Assembly (NCBI GenBank): GCA_045659405.1
Contig: JAZOWX010000042.1
Span: forward strand, 1-63,292
Direction of reading: 5' to 3'
Length of the DNA stretch: 63,292 nt
Source of the DNA: Eubacteriales bacterium
Lineage (GTDB): Bacteria; Bacillota; Clostridia; Oscillospirales; CAG-272
In this document: positions 33,138-41,886 of the stretch, piece by piece
Position numbering within the stretch: the first letter of the stretch is position 1
Layout of the letters: each line of letters begins with the position of its first letter
Notes under the pieces: model-generated
Database searches by the model: none
The model's input: only the letters and a program-made list of their open reading frames with translations
What the model was told of the DNA's origin: nothing
Made by a program: the position numbers and the translations under genes

Positions 33138-34337
33138 TCACTTCTTAAGCGAATTCAGGATGTCAAGAGTATCTCTTGCTATAACAAGCTCCTCGTTTGT
33201 AGGAATTACAAATACCTTCACCTTCGAGTTGGCAGTAGTAACATCTACCTCCTCACCGCGGATCTTGTTTTTCTCCTCATCAAGCTCGATGCCAAGGAAT
33301 GCAAGCTTCTCGCATACAAGCTTTCTGTACTTCGCACTGTTCTCACCGATACCGCCCGTAAATACGATAGCATCAGCGCCGCCCATAGCTGCTATGTAGC
33401 CGCCCGCAAGCTTTACAAGCTGATGTACGTACATATTCTCTATAAGCTGAGCACGCGGATCACCTGCGTTAGACATTGCATCTATTTCCTGGTTGTCGCT
33501 GGTCTTTTCGGAAACACCGAGCATACCCGACTTTTTGTTCATCATCTTATCTATATCGTCAGCGGTTGTAAGCTCACCCTTACGCATAAGATAGGGGATA
33601 ATTGCAGGGTCGATGTTTCCGCATCTTGTACCCATCATAATACCCTCAAGAGGTGTAACACCCATAGACGTATCGAAGCACTTGCCGTCAACTACCGCAG
33701 AAAGCGACGCACCGTTTCCAAGATGGCAGGTAACAACCCTTGTACCGCTCTTGCCGCCAAGCATATCAACTGCTCTGCCGCTTACGTATCTGTGAGAAGT
33801 ACCGTGGAAGCCGTAACGGCGAATCTTGTACTTTTCGTAGTACTCATAGGGGAGCGCATACATATATGCGTAATCCGGCATAGTCTGGTGGAAGCCTGTA
33901 TCAAATACAGCAACCTGGGGAACGTTCATAATCTTCTCGCATTCAATAATACCCTTAAGATTTGCAGGGTTGTGCAGAGGACCAAGGTCGCAGCACTCCT
34001 CGATTATTGCTTTTACCTCATCGGTAACGAGAACAGAACCGGAAAGCTTATCGCCGCCGTGAAGAACTCTGTGTCCAACAGCGCCTATCTCATCAACCGA
34101 TGAAATAACACCGAGCTCCTTATCAACAAGAGTGTTAAGCACGAGAGTAAGAGCCTCTGCGTGTGTGGGCATAGCGTAGTCTATTTTATAATCCTCTTTT
34201 CCGGGAACCTTGAACTTAAATTTCGACTTTCCGCCGATCTCCTCACAAATTCCCTTTGCTACAACCTGCTCATTTTCCATATCTATAAGCTGGAATTTGA
34301 GAGAAGAGCTACCCGCATTGATAACAAGAATTTTCAT
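33138..34337 (-). CDS. ackA: Acetate kinase
   Basis: ILVINAGSSSLK, GHRVLHGG, PLHNPAN, YGFHGTSH, HLGNG, FTGGIGEN, PTNEE. Confidence 0.97.
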   Translation of the reverse strand: MKILVINAGSSSLKFQLIDMENEQVVAKGICEEIGGKSKFKFKVPGKEDYKIDYAMPTHAEALTLVLNTLVDKELGVISSVDEIGAVGHRVLHGGDKLSGSVLVTDEVKAIIEECCDLGPLHNPANLKGIIECEKIMNVPQVAVFDTGFHQTMPDYAYMYALPYEYYEKYKIRRYGFHGTSHRYVSGRAVDMLGGKSGTRVVTCHLGNGASLSAVVDGKCFDTSMGVTPLEGIMMGTRCGNIDPAIIPYLMRKGELTTADDIDKMMNKKSGMLGVSEKTSDNQEIDAMSNAGDPRAQLIENMYVHQLVKLAGGYIAAMGGADAIVFTGGIGENSAKYRKLVCEKLAFLGIELDEEKNKIRGEEVDVTTANSKVKVFVIPTNEELVIARDTLDILNSLKK

Positions 34338-34369
34338 TTTTTTGTCCTTTCAAAATATATGTTTTTAAT

Positions 34370-34843
34370 TTATACCAAAAATATAAGAATGTAAACCACC
34401 GCAACGGTGATACCGAGCAAAGCTCCGAAAAATACCTGAAGCGGAGTATGGCCGACAAGCACCTTGAGCTTCTCTGTTTTAACCGCGTAGTCACGCTCAC
34501 GCACAAGCGAATCGAGAGCTTCGGCAAGCTCCTTTATAGTTGCAGCCTGCTTTCCCGTTTCACGTCTGACACCGCAAGCATCGTGCATAACGATTATAGC
34601 TAAAATAAAGGATATGGCGAACAAAGCGCTGCCAAACCCCTGCGTCCAGCCGCACACCGTGGCAAGAGACATAACCGTAGCCGAATGACCGCTCGGCATA
34701 CCGCCGTCACCGAAAAGGCGCTCAAAGGAAAACCTGCGCTCTATGATAAGATTTATCAACATTTTTATAAGCTGTGCTATCATCCAAGCCGAAACCGAAG
34801 CCAGAAGCATATCATTTGTAAAAAGCTCCAGAATTTTTCCCAT
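34370..34843 (-). CDS. Divergent PAP2 family protein (DUF212)
   Basis: AQLIK, GGMPSGHSA, VMHDACGVRRETGKQA, LVGHTPLQV. Confidence 0.9.
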   Translation of the reverse strand: MGKILELFTNDMLLASVSAWMIAQLIKMLINLIIERRFSFERLFGDGGMPSGHSATVMSLATVCGWTQGFGSALFAISFILAIIVMHDACGVRRETGKQAATIKELAEALDSLVRERDYAVKTEKLKVLVGHTPLQVFFGALLGITVAVVYILIFLV

Positions 34844-34940
34844 ATTTCACACCTCCCGATACCATACTTTATATATTTTACCACGTGCGTTAAAATATTT
34901 CAAGTGTTTTTAAAATTTAACACTCTATTTAGAAAAATAA

Positions 34941-35009
34941 ATTATGCTGTATTTAGAGCACCCCCACCAACCGTAAATTTACGGTAGTGTGCCGAAAATA
35001 CAGCATAAT
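34941..35009. terminator. Long hairpin downstream of the GH20 gene, probable terminator
   Basis: ATTATGCTGTATTT...AAATACAGCATAAT outer stem with an inner ACCGTAAATTTACGGT palindrome. Confidence 0.6.
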
Positions 35010-35032
35010 CTTATAAATCTCTACACCTACAT

Positions 35033-36655
35033 TTAGACTATAGCGTTAGACGAAATCATATTAGCGTGTACAGGCCAGTTATACCGCCACTGGAAGTCTT
35101 CCTCGTCATCCATTGACAACGGCAGAAGCTCCTCTTCAAGCTCGGGTATCGAGTCGATTTTGCCGCTCACGTAATCAACAAGTCTTCTTTTGCAGGAATC
35201 GACTCTCTTTGCTAAACCGCCAAGACGCAAATCCTGCACCTCAAATCCGTAAGGCTTATTCTCTGTAAACCAAAGCTTTTCAAACGCTCTGTGGAAGATG
35301 CCTATTCTCGATATTACGGTTACGTAATCCTCTTTTGCAAGACGCAAAAGCTCCGCCTTATCATCCGCCTTGTATGCCGCTCTTGTTTTAGCACCAAGCT
35401 CGTACTTATATTCGAGTACGTCGCAAAGCTTTGCAGCCGAATCAAATATATATGCCCACTTTCTTGATTTTTTCGCACTTTTACGGAATGCTTGTGCGTA
35501 TTCGGCAAACTGCTTTCCAAAGCCGTTTTTTATAACGAAATCGTGGTGGCTTACAAAGCAGTCTTTGTAAAGTGCTGTTTTTGCACCGTTCTCACGCCAG
35601 GTGTAATCTTTTTGAACTGCGTTTGGAGCATCGAGCAGCATAAAGTCATCAAATTCAAGTCCGAAGCTTCTCTTGAATTTTGCTTTTATTACCGCCTCGT
35701 CATCATTACCTCGAAGAAGCTCCGCGATATAGAAGAGTGAGGGGAGCACCGCATATCTGGAGCATTCAGCACCGCAATCGCCCCACATTGTCATAAAGAT
35801 GTTTTTCACCTTATACTTACGGCAGGCAGAAAGAGCCTTGGTCATGCTTTGGATAGCGAAATGGTTATCCGGCAAAAATCCCGTCCAAGTCCAGACACCG
35901 CCCGCAAACCATACCTTATCAGAAAGCGCCTTATGGTTTTCAAGCATTGCCTCATATTTGCTTTCCTCATTGGTATAATAATCCCAATATACGGGAATTA
36001 CCGACTCGGGTACAGAGTCACGTATTTCCTGCGGGATATCAAGCACCTTGTCGGTATAGTAAGCGCCATTTGTGAGAGGTCGAAAGAACATATCCGACCA
36101 CATAGCGCACTCAAAGTCATATTTTTTAGCTATCTCGCAAACACGCAGAAGATGCCTTCTTATTATTGAAACGGTAGGCTCATAGCCGTGCTTGTCGAGG
36201 TGTTTACCCCTGCCGAGGTTATGCGCCTCATCCATACCGATATGTATATAATTCGTTCTGAAGCAGGAGCGTACGGTTTTTATCATATTCTCGATAAACT
36301 CGTATGTGCGCTCGTCGTCCGTGAGCAAAACTCCGCCCATATCCATCGGCACCTTGCGCCATCTTGCTATTGTTTCAAGATGAGCAAGCGTCTGTATACA
36401 AGGGATAAGCTCTATTCCGATAGAATATGCAAAATCGTCAAGCGCCTTCATTTCCTCTATCGAATATCTGCCTCGCATATATCCGAAGAACGGCTCTCCC
36501 TCTACCTCATAGGTATCTTCGGTATAGAGCATAACACTGTTATAACCCATTTTTTTGAGAATCGGCAAAAACTTTTTGAGCGCATCCACACTCATAACGG
36601 CGTTTCTGGACATATCTATCATTACGCCGAGTCTTTCATAGTTGTACTTTTTCAT
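35033..36655 (-). CDS. GH20 beta-N-acetylhexosaminidase-like protein, no signal peptide
   Basis: GVMIDMSRNAV, MLYTEDT, IPCIQTLAH, IHIGMDEA, MWSDMF, YWDYY, TMWGD. Confidence 0.88.
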   Translation of the reverse strand: MKKYNYERLGVMIDMSRNAVMSVDALKKFLPILKKMGYNSVMLYTEDTYEVEGEPFFGYMRGRYSIEEMKALDDFAYSIGIELIPCIQTLAHLETIARWRKVPMDMGGVLLTDDERTYEFIENMIKTVRSCFRTNYIHIGMDEAHNLGRGKHLDKHGYEPTVSIIRRHLLRVCEIAKKYDFECAMWSDMFFRPLTNGAYYTDKVLDIPQEIRDSVPESVIPVYWDYYTNEESKYEAMLENHKALSDKVWFAGGVWTWTGFLPDNHFAIQSMTKALSACRKYKVKNIFMTMWGDCGAECSRYAVLPSLFYIAELLRGNDDEAVIKAKFKRSFGLEFDDFMLLDAPNAVQKDYTWRENGAKTALYKDCFVSHHDFVIKNGFGKQFAEYAQAFRKSAKKSRKWAYIFDSAAKLCDVLEYKYELGAKTRAAYKADDKAELLRLAKEDYVTVISRIGIFHRAFEKLWFTENKPYGFEVQDLRLGGLAKRVDSCKRRLVDYVSGKIDSIPELEEELLPLSMDDEEDFQWRYNWPVHANMISSNAIV

Positions 36656-36762
36656 AACAACCCCCCAAAAATATAAATAAGCTTACTTTTTGCGCAAAAA
36701 TCTTGCGTTCATACACATTCTAGCACACACATAACCGAAAAGCAATAGCAAAAGTGTGCAAA

Positions 36763-39240
36763 TTATAGTAATTTTTTCGCTTTCTTGACAGCTTTCAGCT
36801 TATAACCGCCCGCCTCTATTGCGGATTTGATAGTGTCGGTGCTAACCTTATCGGAAAGCTCAAGTCTTACCTTTCCTGTTTTCGAGTCAGCCACCGCAGA
36901 TATTACTGCGGGAATTTCGGAAAGCGCCGCCTCAACTCTTTTCTCGCAATGTGAGCACATCATACCCGATACCGAAAGAATTACACCGGAATCAGAGCAA
37001 TCGCCACACCGCTTCCCATCCGGCATACCGAAGAAATTAAGGCGCAGAGCGTTGCCGACAACAAACAAGCTCGAAAGGCTCATAGCAAGCGCACCTATCA
37101 TAGGATTGAGCGTTATTCCAAGTGAAACGAAAGCACCCGCTGCAAGAGGTATTGAAATAACGTTGTAGAAGAATGCCCAGAAAAGATTCTGTTTGATACT
37201 GCGTATTGTTTTTCGGCTTATCTGCACCGCCGCTGTGGCATCAGAAAGTGAATTTTTCATAAGAATGACGTCTGCTGATTCTATCGCTATATCAACACCT
37301 CTGCCTATTGCCATTCCGACATCTGCGCTGACAAGCGCTATCGCATCGTTTATTCCGTCGCCTATCATAAGCACAGAGCCCGACTCCGAATAGCTTCTGA
37401 CAGCGGCCTCCTTTCCGCTCGGCATGACGCCGGCGATGACCTCACTAATTCCCACCTCTGCGGCAATTACGTTTGCGGTGCGCTCATTATCTCCCGTGAG
37501 CATAACGCTTTTTATGCCAAGTCTTTCAAATTCGGCTATTGCCTCTTTACTATCCTCTCTCACCGTATCCGAAACGGCTATAATGCCGATAAGTAAGCCT
37601 CCCTTAGTAAAGTAAAGCGGTGTTTTTCCAAGCGAGGAAAGCTCGCGGTATTTTTCATCGGCAAAGGAATCTTCACCGCAAGACGCCTTGTATAAATTGT
37701 AGCTTCCGCCCTCTATTACTTCACCCAAAACAACAGCTCGCACACCCGATCCGGTCAAGGACTCAAAATCAGAAAATTCGGGCTTTTCCACACCGTTTTG
37801 ACTACAATAATTTACAATAGCTAAAGCTAACGGGTGTTCGCTTCCTATTTCAGCGCCGTAGGCGTATGTCAAAAAGCTTTCACGTGAAATGCCCACGGGA
37901 ATAACGTCAACCACCTGCGGCAACCCCTCGGTAATAGTTCCGGTTTTATCAAGAAGCACGGTTTTAACAGCTCCGAGCCGCTCGAGAGCCTCGGCATTTT
38001 TGAAAAGAATACCTCGTGATGCGCCAAGGCCGTTACCAACCATAATAGCAACAGGTGTAGCAAGTCCCAGGGCGCAAGGACAGCTTATTACAAGCACCGA
38101 AACAGCTCTGCCAAGCGCAAAGCCTACTCCAAAATCAAGTATAAGCCACAGGACCATAGTCACAAGAGATATCAGCATTACTATCGGTACAAATATCGCA
38201 GAAACCTTATCGGCTATCTTGGCAATAGGAGCTTTCGATGCAGATGCATCGCTCACCATTTTTATTATACCCGAAAGTACTGTATCCTCGGCAACCGACG
38301 TGGCACGGCAACCGACGTAACCCGATTTATTTATCGTAGCGGCATATATCCTCTCGCCTACCGTTTTGTCAAGCGGAATACTCTCACCGTTAAGTGCAGA
38401 CTCGTCAACAGAGCATTCACCAAAAACAATCTCACCGTCTGCGGCAAAGCTCTCACCGGGACGAACAACAAATATATCACCGAGCATAAGCTCGGAAATA
38501 TCTATAACCCTTTCCTCCCCCTCACGAATTACCCTTGCGGTGGTGGGAGCAAGAGCGATAAGAGCCTCGATAGCTCTTGTGGTTTTTCCTTTAGCTCTCG
38601 CTTCGAGCAGTTTTCCAACGGTTATCAGCACAAGTATCATCGCCGCTGACTCAAAATAGAAGCCGTGCGCATACACCGCACCCGCCTCCATTCCGCCTGA
38701 TGCAACCGCAAAGCTCATAACGAAAAATAAAACGGTGCTGTAAATAAAGGACGCGCCCGAGCCGAGGGCGACCAGGGTATCCATATTCGGAGCGCCGTGC
38801 AATGCACCTCTCACGCCGTTTACAAAGAATTTGCCGTTTATTATCAAACAAGCCGCCGAGAGCAAAAGCTGTATGAGTGATATCGCAATATAATTGCCCT
38901 CAAAAATACCGTAAGGAAGTCCTATCATGTGCCCCATAGAAAAATACATAAGCGGCACAAGCAAAGCCGCCGATGCTATAAGACGCACTATAATCCGTCT
39001 TGCTTCCGCACCGGATTTTTCCGTCTGTTCATCATTTTTATTTTTTGCACCGCTGACACTTGCTCCGTAGCCTGCCGCACAAACAGCCGCTATTATATCA
39101 TCAACGTCACCGCCAAAGACGGTCATTGAATTGGTAAGTAAATTTACCGAGCATTCCTCAACTCCAAAAACACCTCTGACCGCCCTCTCAACTCTTGCAG
39201 AGCAGGCGGCACAGCTCATACCGGTTATATCGAATTTCAT
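36763..39240 (-). CDS. copA: Cu(I)-translocating P1B-type ATPase with N- and C-terminal HMA domains
   Basis: GMSCAAC, ISCPCALGLATP, DKTGT, SEHPL, GDGIND, YN, MSLSS, C-terminal GMMCSHC. Confidence 0.93.
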   Translation of the reverse strand: MKFDITGMSCAACSARVERAVRGVFGVEECSVNLLTNSMTVFGGDVDDIIAAVCAAGYGASVSGAKNKNDEQTEKSGAEARRIIVRLIASAALLVPLMYFSMGHMIGLPYGIFEGNYIAISLIQLLLSAACLIINGKFFVNGVRGALHGAPNMDTLVALGSGASFIYSTVLFFVMSFAVASGGMEAGAVYAHGFYFESAAMILVLITVGKLLEARAKGKTTRAIEALIALAPTTARVIREGEERVIDISELMLGDIFVVRPGESFAADGEIVFGECSVDESALNGESIPLDKTVGERIYAATINKSGYVGCRATSVAEDTVLSGIIKMVSDASASKAPIAKIADKVSAIFVPIVMLISLVTMVLWLILDFGVGFALGRAVSVLVISCPCALGLATPVAIMVGNGLGASRGILFKNAEALERLGAVKTVLLDKTGTITEGLPQVVDVIPVGISRESFLTYAYGAEIGSEHPLALAIVNYCSQNGVEKPEFSDFESLTGSGVRAVVLGEVIEGGSYNLYKASCGEDSFADEKYRELSSLGKTPLYFTKGGLLIGIIAVSDTVREDSKEAIAEFERLGIKSVMLTGDNERTANVIAAEVGISEVIAGVMPSGKEAAVRSYSESGSVLMIGDGINDAIALVSADVGMAIGRGVDIAIESADVILMKNSLSDATAAVQISRKTIRSIKQNLFWAFFYNVISIPLAAGAFVSLGITLNPMIGALAMSLSSLFVVGNALRLNFFGMPDGKRCGDCSDSGVILSVSGMMCSHCEKRVEAALSEIPAVISAVADSKTGKVRLELSDKVSTDTIKSAIEAGGYKLKAVKKAKKLL

Positions 39241-39241
39241 A

Positions 39242-39547
39242 TCATCTTACAAGGTCAAGGACGGTCTTTAAAAGCTCATCAACCGCACCCGGCCTATCCT
39301 CCTTTATATCATTAACAACACAGCTGTTTATATGACTTGAAAGCAGCTTGCGAGAAAAAGAGGATAGCGCAGAGCTGACCGCAACAGCCTGTGTCAGAAT
39401 GTCGGTGCAATAAGCATCACGCTCGACCATACCTACAATTCCTCGAATCTGCCCTTCTATTCTTTTAAGTCTGTTTATAAGAGCCTTCTTTTCCTCCTCG
39501 GAGCGCAGCTTGGTTTTTGCCGAGCTGCAGCATATTTCCTTTTCCAT
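39242..39547 (-). CDS. csoR: CsoR family copper-sensing repressor
   Basis: NRLKRIEGQIRGI, YCTDILTQ, SHINSCV (Cys-His-Cys ligands); start at ATG 39547 with GGAG RBS. Confidence 0.92.
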   Translation of the reverse strand: MEKEICCSSAKTKLRSEEEKKALINRLKRIEGQIRGIVGMVERDAYCTDILTQAVAVSSALSSFSRKLLSSHINSCVVNDIKEDRPGAVDELLKTVLDLVR

Positions 39548-39584
39548 ATTTATTATCTCCAAAATAAAATGTTTTAGTGCTTTT

Positions 39585-39613
39585 ATTATATACCCCATAG
39601 GGGTATTTGTCAA
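39585..39613 (-). promoter_or_regulatory. sigmaA promoter with a CsoR operator in the spacer
   Basis: TTGACA (39613-39608), 17 bp, TATAAT (39590-39585); palindrome ATACCCC-ATA-GGGGTAT at 39590-39606. Confidence 0.9.
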
Positions 39614-39676
39614 GCAAATCCAAAACAAAAAAGGCGAGGATATCTCTCGGTATCCCCGTCTTATAAAGTATTACTG

Positions 39677-40615
39677 TTATATGAGCTGAAGCATAAGCGA
39701 CATTATGGGAAGAGTGACTATGGTGAGCATTGTAGAGAGAAGAACTATACTTGCCGCTTCTTTCTGACCCGCTCCGACTATCTCGGAATAATTAAGCACC
39801 ACGGATGCCGCAGGACAAGCGCTTATTATAAAGAAGCTTCTTGCAAGCCATACATCCACACCGAAAAGCCACACAATAAGAAAGGCTATAAGCGGCATCG
39901 CAAACTGCTTTACAGCTATCGTCAGATAAATGCGGTAATCGGTAAAAACGTCTTTGAATTTCATTTCCGAAAGTCTTATTCCCATAGCCATCATGGAAAG
40001 CGGTGTTGACATCTTTGCCGTTGCCGTAATTATAGAAAAGAGCGTTTCTGCCTCTGTTATCGGGGTTTCTGTCACAAACAAAACAAGAGCTACCGCAGCA
40101 CCTATGAGCGCCGGATTAGTAAGCATTTTTTTGACAGAAATATATTTTACGTTCTGCGATATTATTGCCGAGCCTATCGTCCAGCCTATAACGTTCATAA
40201 CCACGGCATATACGATTGTATATATTATGAGGTCATCAGACTGCCCCGGATAAAGCGCCTCAAGTATCGGTATACCGAAAAACGCACAGTTTGACATCGT
40301 TGTTGCGATAGTCATTATTCTGTATATCGGGTCACGGCATTTTTTCCTGAGCACAAGATAGGACAGTCCCATAACTATTACGTGTATGAAAAGCACCAGA
40401 AGCGCAAATATACCTATATCAACAAGCTTGCTCGGTGAATACTCCGTGCTCATAAATGTGTAAACGGCAAGTGCCGGTTGAGAAACGTAAATAAGTATTT
40501 TCGAAATATCTGCCGTCGCATTTTTGCTGAACACTCTGCCCTTTGCAAGCAGATAGCCCACAAGTGCCATAAGAAGAAGCACGGCAACAGCGCCAAGAGT
40601 TATTAAGAACGTCAT
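39677..40615 (-). CDS. AEC (auxin efflux carrier) family transporter
   Basis: About 10 TM; SQPAL, SNCAFFGIP, NPALIG, TPLSMMAMG, CPAA, LSTMLTIVTLP. Confidence 0.88.
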   Translation of the reverse strand: MTFLITLGAVAVLLLMALVGYLLAKGRVFSKNATADISKILIYVSQPALAVYTFMSTEYSPSKLVDIGIFALLVLFIHVIVMGLSYLVLRKKCRDPIYRIMTIATTMSNCAFFGIPILEALYPGQSDDLIIYTIVYAVVMNVIGWTIGSAIISQNVKYISVKKMLTNPALIGAAVALVLFVTETPITEAETLFSIITATAKMSTPLSMMAMGIRLSEMKFKDVFTDYRIYLTIAVKQFAMPLIAFLIVWLFGVDVWLARSFFIISACPAASVVLNYSEIVGAGQKEAASIVLLSTMLTIVTLPIMSLMLQLI

Positions 40616-40626
40616 TTATATCACCA

Positions 40627-41886
40627 TTAAATTCCTATCGTATACATACCGTTTGCGGGAAGTGTTATCAAATTCAGCTTTTCAAATTTGTCACGCACCG
40701 TAACCGAGCCGACACGTTCAGAAAGCTCTTTTCTGTAAGTGTAGCTCGAAAGGTCCGAATAAAAGTCGGAAAAAGGTCCCGCCTCATCGGTTTCGGTATA
40801 TGCGCCGGCTTCAAGCTCCGTCCTGTAAATGAAGCAGACGCCAAAATCCTTGATTTCAACACATGCAAAGCTGTTTTTAGGCATTCCGAGCGCCTTTGTT
40901 ACAACGCTTGGAAATTCCTTGTATGCAAGTGCGGTGTAAGCCGATTCGGAAGAGTAATACTCGCCCGAAGGGTCAAGGTGCATATTTGTAGCCTTGTATT
41001 TATCCAGGTAATTTTCAAACGCATCTTCGCTCATTTGGTTTCCTTCACCCGTCTCGATATTTGCTATCGCTTCCTTTATAGAGGCAATGTCCGCCTCTCT
41101 TTCGGCTATTTCATAGTCTGCGAGCTTGAAAAGCTTATCATTTCCCTCTTCATCGGTAATGCGATTACCACTCACCTCGTCAAGTTCAAAATCCTCTTTC
41201 GTGCGTATAAATAAGAGCCTTACATGCTTGTATGCGGAATTGTAGAACTCATTTACAGCCACAGAATCATTTTTAAGAGCAGAAGCATCCGCACCGTACA
41301 TCACGTATGGCGCCATAACAGCCTTATACATCATTTCGGTAGCGTCATAGAAATCATCATAGTCAAAGCCATAAGGCTTGACAAGCTTATTAAACTCTTT
41401 TTTGTTTCCGTCGGCTATATAAAGAAGTCTGTTCTGGGCAGTTGACTTTATAGTAGCTTTTGCTTCAGAGCCAAGCCGTGAAGCGCTGTCGTAAAGATAG
41501 CAGCCAACAACTATTGCCGCCAGATAATCACGCACGTACTCTATCATACCCTCGCCGTAGGTCTTAGTTCCCATATCGGGTGTATTCCAGAATTCGGGTG
41601 TGTCCTCTGCTCCCTCGACGTCTGCAAGCTCACCGTTAAGGTAAAGAGCCTTCGCATAAGAGGCAAAATAATTTGCGACCCCGCTTTTCATTCTTGCACC
41701 GTTATATTCAACCACGGAATTTGCATTTCTTATAGCGAATACCGTTCCGAATATTGCACCCGCAACAAGCACCGCAGACATAAAAATGCAAACAAACATT
41801 AGCATTTTCTTGTCTGTTTTGCTCTCGGAAGTGTTTACGCACTTAACTGCCGTGGCATTTTCCGTTTTGGTTTTCTTTTCACTCAT
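40627..41886 (-). CDS. Membrane-anchored extracytoplasmic protein, probably a divergent PrsA/SurA-like foldase
   Basis: Single N-terminal TM; sits where prsA lies after mfd in Clostridia; weak parvulin-like segments (KHVRLLFI, FGVCFIYR). Confidence 0.45.
   Translation of the reverse strand: MSEKKTKTENATAVKCVNTSESKTDKKMLMFVCIFMSAVLVAGAIFGTVFAIRNANSVVEYNGARMKSGVANYFASYAKALYLNGELADVEGAEDTPEFWNTPDMGTKTYGEGMIEYVRDYLAAIVVGCYLYDSASRLGSEAKATIKSTAQNRLLYIADGNKKEFNKLVKPYGFDYDDFYDATEMMYKAVMAPYVMYGADASALKNDSVAVNEFYNSAYKHVRLLFIRTKEDFELDEVSGNRITDEEGNDKLFKLADYEIAEREADIASIKEAIANIETGEGNQMSEDAFENYLDKYKATNMHLDPSGEYYSSESAYTALAYKEFPSVVTKALGMPKNSFACVEIKDFGVCFIYRTELEAGAYTETDEAGPFSDFYSDLSSYTYRKELSERVGSVTVRDKFEKLNLITLPANGMYTIGI

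Noticed and set aside
32934-34103. 389-aa plus-strand ORF
   Set aside because: Antisense to ackA and greA
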